DNA from: Paludibacteraceae bacterium
GTDB lineage: Bacteria > Bacteroidota > Bacteroidia > Bacteroidales > Paludibacteraceae
Length of the DNA: 64,000 bases
Assembly: GCA_045226255.1 (NCBI GenBank)
Contig: JBGVCG010000035.1
Location: 32,327-96,326 of the forward strand
Direction: 5' to 3'
In this document: piece by piece, positions 57,241 through 64,000 of the stretch
Numbering within the stretch: position 1 is the stretch's first letter
Layout: each line of letters starts with the position of its first letter
Made by a program: the position numbers and the translations under genes
The notes under the pieces: model-generated
Seen by the model: only the letters and a program-made list of their open reading frames with translations
Databases searched by the model: none
Told to the model about the DNA's origin: nothing

Positions 57241-58269
57241 TTACAAAGATAATCTTTTTAACTCTTTTTTTGCCTTTTCCAAAGAATCAATTATGCTGTC
57301 GCACCATAAATCGAACTCAGGATCCGGGCATTGGCACTCTGGATGGGCAAGAACATAGTCGACAGTTTGCTTCACACCCTTGGAGAATGGAACGCTTGTA
57401 ACGAAGCCGGGCACGGCTCTTTTCAGTTTCGTGTTATCGAAAACGACCGAGTTGGATTTGTCTCCGATCAGGCTACCCAAGAGGTCATAGTGTCCCACTT
57501 CCGCCAAGAAATCGGAGGAGACATAGTAGGGCTTCAACTCCACGCCCAACGCCTGTGCGATGGATTTGTATATCTGGTTCCACGTCAGGGTCTCGTCCGA
57601 AGTGATTTGGAAGGCCTCCCCTATCGCATGCGGATTGCCCATCAAGCCTACGAAGGCCTTGGCGAAATCGCTGTTGTGCGTCATGGTCCACAGGGAGGTG
57701 CCATCGCCTTGGATGATGACCGGCTTTCCCTCCAACATACGTTTCACGACCTGCCAGCTACCCTTGTCGCCATGCACGCCCAACGGCACGGAACGCTCGT
57801 CATAGGTGTGGCTCGGGCGTACGATCGTGATCGGGAAGCCTGATTGGCGGTATTGGTCGAGGAAGAACTCCTCACACTCGATCTTCTCCCTGGAGTACTG
57901 CCAGTAAGGGTTCGCCAGCGTAGTGCCCTCCGTGATCAAGTAGGAGGCCAACGGCTTATGATAGGCCGAGGCGCTGCTGATGAAGATGAACTGGTTCGTG
58001 ATCCCTGAGAAGAGGCGGAAGTCACGCTCCGCCTGCTCCTTGTGGAAGATGATGAAGTCACAGACCACATCGAACTTCATGCCGGCGATCTTAGCCTTCA
58101 CCTCAGCCTCGTCATTCACATCGTTCACTCGAATGAACTTCACGTTGTCAGGGAGTTGAACCGAACGGTTGCCACGGTTCAAAAGGAACAACTGATGCCC
58201 TTCAGCCGCCAATCTTTTCGTGATCGCCATGCTGATGGTGCCTGTTCCACCGATAAATAAAACATTCAT
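57241..58269 (-). CDS. NAD-dependent epimerase/dehydratase (SDR) family protein
   Basis: 342-aa ORF with an N-terminal GGTGTIS Rossmann motif. Confidence 0.85.
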   Translation of the reverse strand: MNVLFIGGTGTISMAITKRLAAEGHQLFLLNRGNRSVQLPDNVKFIRVNDVNDEAEVKAKIAGMKFDVVCDFIIFHKEQAERDFRLFSGITNQFIFISSASAYHKPLASYLITEGTTLANPYWQYSREKIECEEFFLDQYRQSGFPITIVRPSHTYDERSVPLGVHGDKGSWQVVKRMLEGKPVIIQGDGTSLWTMTHNSDFAKAFVGLMGNPHAIGEAFQITSDETLTWNQIYKSIAQALGVELKPYYVSSDFLAEVGHYDLLGSLIGDKSNSVVFDNTKLKRAVPGFVTSVPFSKGVKQTVDYVLAHPECQCPDPEFDLWCDSIIDSLEKAKKELKRLSL

Positions 58270-58290
58270 ACTTATAAGTTTTTGATTAGA

Positions 58291-58482
58291 CTATTTATGT
58301 CGATTCGCTCTTTTCCTGCGGTATTCCGCCTTCATCTTAGCGGAATCGGAGCCATGCGCACCCTTGATGTAGGAGGTCTTCTTCGCCTTGGTCTTCACAT
58401 TGGTGCTCTTATTGTTACTATTATCGTTATCGGACGATTTACGAAAAACCTTCCCATGTTCTATGATGTGTTCTATGTCCAT
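58291..58482 (-). CDS. small lysine/arginine-rich hypothetical protein
   Basis: 63-aa ORF that fits the gap between two same-strand genes (35 nt and 21 nt spacers). There is no other support. Confidence 0.35.
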   Translation of the reverse strand: MDIEHIIEHGKVFRKSSDNDNSNNKSTNVKTKAKKTSYIKGAHGSDSAKMKAEYRRKRANRHK

Positions 58483-58517
58483 AATAAAAAGAATATGAGT
58501 GGTTAAAATTCAATACA

Positions 58518-59927
58518 TTACGCATTCTTCGGAGTGAGTCCGAGCTCCTTCGCCTTCTCGATCATGAATTGGTAGGCGGGTTCGTACTCGTTCGGGATGA
58601 TACCATCCAGGATAGCATCCTTGATAGCCGTCTTGATGTCTCCGATGGCGCGGCAAGGGGTGAGGTCGAAGATGCGCATGATCTCCTCGCCCGTGATAGG
58701 TGGCTGGAAATTGCGCACACGGTCTTTCTCCTCGATCTCCTTCAGTTTCTCACGCACGATGCGGAAGTTATCACGGTACCGACGTACCTTGTCCGCATTC
58801 TTGGAGGTGATATCGGCGTCGCATAGAATCATCAGCGCCTCAATGTCGTCACCGGCATCAAAGAGCAAACGGCGCACGGCGGAGTCAGTCACGGTCTCCT
58901 CCACCAGAGAGATAGGGCGCATATGGAGCTCCACCATCTTCTGGACGAACTTCATGTGCTCGTTCAGCGGAAGTTTCATGCGGGTGAAGATCTTAGGGAT
59001 CATCTTGGCACCCACGTAGTTATGGTTGTGGAATGTCCAACCGATCCGATTGTCCCACTTCTTCGTGACGGGTTTCGCCACGTCATGGAAGAGGGCCGCC
59101 CAGCGCAGCCAGAGGTCGTCGGATTGCTCCGCCACAGCGTCCAGCACCTGCATCGTGTGCAGGAAGTTATCCTTGTGTCCCCTGCCCTCCTTTTCCTCCA
59201 CACCGCATAGCCTATGGATTTCAGGCAATATCAGTTCCAGCAAGCCACAACGCTCCAACAGGTCGAACCCCACGGACGGGCGTGACGAAGCCATGATTTT
59301 GTTCAATTCATCAACGATACGCTCCTTCGAGATGATGGAGATACGCTCCTTCATGCGACAGATAGCGTCGAATGTGTTGGAGTCGATGAAGAATCGCAAC
59401 TGGGTGGCGAAACGTATGCAACGCATCATGCGGAGCGGGTCGTCACTGAACGTGATGTCAGGGTCGAGCGGAGTACGGATAATCATATTACGGATATCCT
59501 CCATACCCCCAAACGGGTCCACCAACTCTCCAAAACGCTTCTCATTCAAGCAGATAGCCAATGCATTGATGGTGAAGTCACGACGGTTTTGGTCATCCTC
59601 CAACGTACCATCCTCGACAATGGGTTTGCGGGAATCCTCCCGATACGACTCTTTCCTCGCACCGACGAACTCCACCTCCATATCACCCCGCTTCACCTGG
59701 GCAGTACCGAAATTCTTGAAGACAGCCAACGTGCTTCCCCTCCATTTCTTGTGGAAAGCCTCCGCCACCTCGATGCCGCTACCAACCACCACCACATCAA
59801 TATCGTTCGAGGGACGCTTCAGGAAGATGTCGCGCACAAAACCGCCTATCACGTAGCACTCCACACCCTTCTTGTCCGCCACCTCGGAAATCGACTTGAA
59901 AATATTATTGTTTATATATTCCTTCAC
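58518..59927 (-). CDS. CCA-adding enzyme / poly(A) polymerase family tRNA nucleotidyltransferase with HD domain
   Basis: 469-aa ORF (GGFVRD, DIDVVV, RDFTINA, LFHDVAKP). Confidence 0.88.
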   Translation of the reverse strand: MKEYINNNIFKSISEVADKKGVECYVIGGFVRDIFLKRPSNDIDVVVVGSGIEVAEAFHKKWRGSTLAVFKNFGTAQVKRGDMEVEFVGARKESYREDSRKPIVEDGTLEDDQNRRDFTINALAICLNEKRFGELVDPFGGMEDIRNMIIRTPLDPDITFSDDPLRMMRCIRFATQLRFFIDSNTFDAICRMKERISIISKERIVDELNKIMASSRPSVGFDLLERCGLLELILPEIHRLCGVEEKEGRGHKDNFLHTMQVLDAVAEQSDDLWLRWAALFHDVAKPVTKKWDNRIGWTFHNHNYVGAKMIPKIFTRMKLPLNEHMKFVQKMVELHMRPISLVEETVTDSAVRRLLFDAGDDIEALMILCDADITSKNADKVRRYRDNFRIVREKLKEIEEKDRVRNFQPPITGEEIMRIFDLTPCRAIGDIKTAIKDAILDGIIPNEYEPAYQFMIEKAKELGLTPKNA

Positions 59928-59971
59928 AACAAAACTTCTTCTTATCCTTAAATACGCGAAATTACATAAAA

Positions 59972-60095
59972 GAATTAAGAGTTAAGAATTAAGCGTTAAG
60001 AATCTGCACCGACACGAACGGCGGATTCATTTACCACATTAGGCACATGTGGTATTTACGATTTAACTATTTACAATTTACTATTGGCGATTATC
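59972..60095. repeat. composite intergenic element: TTAAGAR heptads, core motif, KATTTAC heptads
   Basis: gaattaa gagttaa gaattaa gcgttaa; then core gcggattcatttaccacattaggca with the hairpin accacat/atgtggt; then tatttac gatttaa c tatttac aatttac tattggc. Confidence 0.85.
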
Positions 60096-60816
60096 ATGCG
60101 GTGAATCGAGCCAATTGCGCCATCGTGATCCGACCTTCGTAGATGGCCTTCCCCGTGATGACGGCAGGCACATTCGCCTCCTGCAACGCCTCGATATCCT
60201 CCATGGAGCTTACGCCTCCGCTGGCGATCAGGTAGAGGTCCGGGAATTGCGCCAGGATTTTTCTGTAGAGGTCGATGGATGGTCCCTGCAACATACCGTC
60301 CTTGCTGATGTCGGTGCAAATCACCTTGTCCACGCCCTGCGTCTTGAACTTCTCCACGAAAGGCAACAGGTCAGCGTCGGTCGTCTCGATCCAACCACCC
60401 ACGGCAATCTTTTCGTTCTTGACATCCGCGCCAAGGATGATGCGCTCCGAGCCGAACTTCTCGATCCACGAAGAGAAGACGTCCGGTTTCTTCACAGCGA
60501 TACTACCGCCCGTGATCATCTTCGCACCATTCTCGAAGGCGATGCGCAGGTCCTCGTCACTTTTCAGTCCGCCACCGAAGTCGATGGTGAGGTTCGTATG
60601 CGTAGCGATGGACTCCAGCACCCTATAGTTCACGATGTGCTGCGCCTTCGCACCGTCCAAGTCCACCAAGTGCAAGCGCTTAACGCCCGCATCCTCGAAC
60701 ATCTTAGCCACCTCCAAAGGATTCTCGTTGTAGACTTTCTTTTGCTCATAATCCCCTTGGGAGAGGCGGACGCACTTGGCGTCGATAATATCAATGGCTG
60801 GTATAATCTCTATCAT
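60094..60816 (-). CDS. hisA: ProFAR isomerase HisA
   Basis: 240-aa ORF ([27 protein letters not shown]). Confidence 0.93.
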   Translation of the reverse strand: MIEIIPAIDIIDAKCVRLSQGDYEQKKVYNENPLEVAKMFEDAGVKRLHLVDLDGAKAQHIVNYRVLESIATHTNLTIDFGGGLKSDEDLRIAFENGAKMITGGSIAVKKPDVFSSWIEKFGSERIILGADVKNEKIAVGGWIETTDADLLPFVEKFKTQGVDKVICTDISKDGMLQGPSIDLYRKILAQFPDLYLIASGGVSSMEDIEALQEANVPAVITGKAIYEGRITMAQLARFTA

Positions 60817-60818
60817 GG

Positions 60819-61715
60819 TTATTCTTTTACAAATTCGACAATATCATTTTCATTAAACGTAGCATTGCTCATGACCTTCGACACGTTCCCGTCCTCCGTC
60901 AACAGGATGAGAGGGAGTGTGCCATTGGTTATTTTGAGGAAAAAACTTGCGGGGAGGAAATCGTAGCGATGCGGATTCACCTCCGTCTCTTCAAGGAACT
61001 TCTGGAATCGGACAGAGTCACCGATAACGAACCAATGCACCGGATCGTCCTGAAGCTGGGCTCGACGCAAGGTGATGTCCAACTTACGGGCAGCCATCTT
61101 GCAATGCTTGCAACCTGTACTGACGAACGCCAGGATCTGCTTGCCACCAGCCTTCAGCTCCGGATACTGCGAAACGAGTTGTTCAAAATCATCGGAGGAA
61201 TAGCCGACGTTTTTCTTCCCAAATCCATACGGAGCCTTGAGCACAAAAGCGAAGACCAACGAACCCACCAACACAACGGCCAGCAACGCAGGACGCCAAC
61301 TCGCCCGCCAGTCCTCCAAGTTCCACCCGAGGAACAAGAAGAGTCCCATCAAGACGTTCTTCCCCAGGGACTCAAGCGGGTCCATCTCGACAAAATCACC
61401 AAAGCAATGGCAGTTGTCGCTCTTCCCCGTAACAGCTAAATAAACCAGAAAAACTGTGAATAGGAGCAGCAAGGCGACAGAGAGTCTCGAAACCAACCGT
61501 CCATATAGCCCGACAACAAGGCATACGCCCAAAAACATCTCCGTGAAGAGTAATGCGCAGGCTAAAAATGAAGACACGGCCAAACTGAACCAGTCAAGAC
61601 CATAAATGAATAACTCGAATGAATCGACTGATATAAACTTCAAGACAGCGGAGACAATGAACATGACACCCGCCACCGACCTACAGAGAAAAAGAATCTT
61701 CGTCTTATCTGGCAT
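60819..61715 (-). CDS. MauE/DoxX-like membrane domain fused to a thioredoxin-fold domain
   Basis: 298-aa ORF. The N-terminal 4-5 TM half carries NCHCFG, and the C-terminal half carries a CKHC (CxxC) motif. Confidence 0.75.
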   Translation of the reverse strand: MPDKTKILFLCRSVAGVMFIVSAVLKFISVDSFELFIYGLDWFSLAVSSFLACALLFTEMFLGVCLVVGLYGRLVSRLSVALLLLFTVFLVYLAVTGKSDNCHCFGDFVEMDPLESLGKNVLMGLFLFLGWNLEDWRASWRPALLAVVLVGSLVFAFVLKAPYGFGKKNVGYSSDDFEQLVSQYPELKAGGKQILAFVSTGCKHCKMAARKLDITLRRAQLQDDPVHWFVIGDSVRFQKFLEETEVNPHRYDFLPASFFLKITNGTLPLILLTEDGNVSKVMSNATFNENDIVEFVKE

Positions 61716-61803
61716 AACTATAGGTGGGTTCTAAAAACCGGGGAGAATTCCAGAGCCCAGGGCTTTGTCTATTTTGTTAAACCGGCGAGATCTCAAGACT
61801 CGC

Positions 61804-61998
61804 CTATATTGCGGTACATTCCATATCCTCGGAATCCTCCAATTCGGAGCAATTTCCCTCTTGGTCATAGAATTGGGTGACCGTGTTCCTCGACTTGCAC
61901 TCACAGTCAGTCGTACTAGCCGTACAAGCTGAAAGTGATGGAAGAATCGAGCCTGCCAACAAAGTCAATCCCACCCAAAATTTAATCTTACTTATCAT
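61804..61998 (-). CDS. small Cys-rich putative lipoprotein
   Basis: 64-aa ORF with a signal peptide and an LSAC lipobox. The mature part of about 39 aa is acidic and has four further Cys residues (CEC...C...C). Confidence 0.5.
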   Translation of the reverse strand: MISKIKFWVGLTLLAGSILPSLSACTASTTDCECKSRNTVTQFYDQEGNCSELEDSEDMECTAI

Positions 61999-62040
61999 AT
62001 TAACAATATTTTACGACAATATGCATTGCCAAAATCCGCG

Positions 62041-62048
62041 CAAATGTA
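62041..62048 (-). promoter_or_regulatory. Bacteroidota -7 box (TAnnTTTG) for the lipoprotein-MauE/Trx-hisA unit
   Basis: Plus-strand caaatgta equals TACATTTG on the minus strand, 43 nt upstream of the ATG at 61998. Confidence 0.35.
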
Positions 62049-62097
62049 ACACTTTACAATTAGAACACCAAACAAGCGGAACTTCGCACGGCGACAA

Positions 62098-63777
62098 TCA
62101 CAAAACAAATTTCAATAGCACGCCGTCATTTTGTTTGACATCAACCGAAAAAGGGGCATTAAATGACATTTTTTGTTTAAATCGTACTCCTGATAACAAA
62201 TCAGTAAAAGATCGTTCCTTCCCGTCATCCGGCATCTGCAAAACATCAAAAGCATGCTGTGGGATATTGATTTTCAGCTTCACATCGTTGTTCTCGAAGT
62301 TGACCACGATCAAGATGCATTCCTTTCCATACTTACGGAAGAAAGCATACTGTTTATGTGTGTTATAGTCCGGATTATTAAAGTTCGCATAAGTCAAATC
62401 GAAGAATGAACCGTCAGCGATCGCCTTCTCCTTCTTGCAGACATTAAGCAAAGAAGCATAGAATGAACGCAAGTCATTCTCCTCTTTAGTCGATTGGCCC
62501 GCCAACCAACGTTGGATAGTCGGAACCGCCCAGTAATCAAAGATAGTAGTACGTCCGTCAATGCCGCTGAAACCAGCCTTGTCCATCGCCTTCTCGCCTA
62601 ATTCCTGTCCGAAATAGAGCATGACAGGTCCCGTATTGATGCACGAAGCGATGATCATGGCAGGTCTACCCTTCAACGCATCGGAAGCGAAGAAATCGGA
62701 GGCGACACGTTGTTCGTCATGGTTCTCAAGGAAATTCAGCATATGAGACTCAATGCCAGAGAGGCGTTGCCAACAGTCCGTCACAGCGTGGCAGGAGTTC
62801 TCATTGCACATGATACCACGAAGCGTATCATAGAGACCCACCTTATCATACAAATAATCGAACTTACCGTCAAAAATAAAGCTTCTATATTGGGACGGAT
62901 CATACGTCTCCGCAATGAAGATCAGTTCCGGATATTTCTCTTTGACAGAAGGGATGACCCAACTCCAGAACTCGACCGGCACCATCTCCGCCATGTCGCA
63001 ACGGAATCCGTCGACCCCCAAGCCGCACCAGTACAGGAGAATGTCGAGCATCTTCTGCCAAGTGTCCGGTCTAGGCACGAAATCACGGGAATGTCCATTC
63101 CGATAGTCGATACCATAGTTCAGTTTGACCGTTTCGTACCACTCGTAAATGCCCGGGTTATTGGAGAAGAAATCATTACCCGTCACCTTACAAGGCATCT
63201 CCGTGTAAGGCTCCTTCTCACCCGCATAGAGGTCCATATGACCTGCGAATGGCTGATCGACAAGGTAATAGAAATTGTTTTGGTTCGAGAAGAAGACCTC
63301 CTTCACGTCATCCTCCCCCAAGTCTCTGATTCCCTTCGGCTTTGCGTCGGAGAAATACTGACGGGCCACATGGTTCGGGACAAAGTCCATGATAACCTTC
63401 AAGCCCGCCTTATGGGAACGTTTGACCAGATCAGCGAACTCCTTTCTGCGGTTCTCCACCTTTGTGGCCAAATCAGGGTCAATATCGTAATAATCTTTAA
63501 TCGCATAAGGAGACCCCGCCTTGCCCTTGACAACAGCAGGATGGTCTTTACGGATGCCAAACTTCCCGTAATCCGTTTGGGTAGCATGTTCGATGACACC
63601 CGTATACCAGATGTGTGTGGCGCCCAGATCACGGATGGTCCGTAATCGTTCATCGGTAAAATCACTGAGTTTGCCGCAACCGTTTTGAGAAAGGTCGCCA
63701 TTCTCCACCAAACGTTTGTTTTGGTTTCCGAACAATCTCGGAAGTACTTGGTAAATAATGATTTTATCCATATTCAC
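62098..63777 (-). CDS. alpha-amylase family (GH13) glycoside hydrolase
   Basis: 559-aa ORF with GH13 regions DFVPNH, GVDGFRCDMA and FLENHDEQR. Confidence 0.9.
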   Translation of the reverse strand: MNMDKIIIYQVLPRLFGNQNKRLVENGDLSQNGCGKLSDFTDERLRTIRDLGATHIWYTGVIEHATQTDYGKFGIRKDHPAVVKGKAGSPYAIKDYYDIDPDLATKVENRRKEFADLVKRSHKAGLKVIMDFVPNHVARQYFSDAKPKGIRDLGEDDVKEVFFSNQNNFYYLVDQPFAGHMDLYAGEKEPYTEMPCKVTGNDFFSNNPGIYEWYETVKLNYGIDYRNGHSRDFVPRPDTWQKMLDILLYWCGLGVDGFRCDMAEMVPVEFWSWVIPSVKEKYPELIFIAETYDPSQYRSFIFDGKFDYLYDKVGLYDTLRGIMCNENSCHAVTDCWQRLSGIESHMLNFLENHDEQRVASDFFASDALKGRPAMIIASCINTGPVMLYFGQELGEKAMDKAGFSGIDGRTTIFDYWAVPTIQRWLAGQSTKEENDLRSFYASLLNVCKKEKAIADGSFFDLTYANFNNPDYNTHKQYAFFRKYGKECILIVVNFENNDVKLKINIPQHAFDVLQMPDDGKERSFTDLLSGVRFKQKMSFNAPFSVDVKQNDGVLLKFVL

Positions 63778-63831
63778 ACAACCGTAAATTAGACAATATA
63801 ATCTCTAAAGCGACTACGGTCAGCGCCCGAA

Positions 63832-64000
63832 TTACTCGAAGTAGCTGGAACCGTCGAAACAGTGGGTACAAACCTGCTCCTTAGGCAAGCCTATCGCCTC
63901 GACCAGATCCTCCACCGTGCAGAACCTCAAGGACGTGAGGTTGAAAGTGGAGCGGATATCCTCGACCATCTTCTTGTATTCAGGGGAATCCGTCGTCTGG
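63832..64000 (-). CDS. purF: amidophosphoribosyltransferase, 3' end (partial, continues beyond the window)
   Basis: Hand translation of the minus strand gives ...SPEYKKMVEDIRSTFNLTSLRFCTVEDLVEAIGLPKEQVCTHCFDGSSYFE-stop, the C-terminal pattern of long-form PurF. It is absent from the ORF track because there is no start in the window. Confidence 0.7.
   Translation of the reverse strand, partial: QTTDSPEYKKMVEDIRSTFNLTSLRFCTVEDLVEAIGLPKEQVCTHCFDGSSYFE

Overview
The window looks like a chromosomal segment from a Bacteroidota (Bacteroidales-like) genome. Supporting signs are a PorU-type T9SS sortase, T9SS type-B C-terminal domains, TAnnTTTG-type -7 promoter boxes and the absence of Shine-Dalgarno spacing. 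Most of it is housekeeping: glyA, glyQS, L31, nadK, fmt, tatD, tyrA, tkt, tsf-rpsB-rpsI-rplM, gpmI, metF, ftsE, hisI, hisA, dprA, a CCA-adding-type enzyme, the purF 3' end, and tRNA-Asp and tRNA-Ser. Accessory or unusual content is interleaved with it. There are two giant secreted proteins with T9SS type-B CTDs (2248 aa and 1369 aa), and neither is followed by a PorP/SprF-like gene. PorU is present without PorV next to it. Two divergent serpins sit in tandem, with a T9G8 homopolymer tract upstream. A roughly 0.9-kb AT-rich insert is flanked by a decayed duplicate of the tyrA 3' end. One operon combines a small Cys-rich lipoprotein, a MauE/DoxX-thioredoxin fusion and hisA. An ExbB/ExbD cluster lacks TonB. 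A family of intergenic heptad repeats and a conserved core motif occurs at 4-5 loci. I saw no CRISPR array, transposase, integrase, rRNA or recognisable defence system. None of the findings is a demonstrated new system; they are ranked candidates. All calls rest on reading the provided translations and sequence by eye, with no database search.
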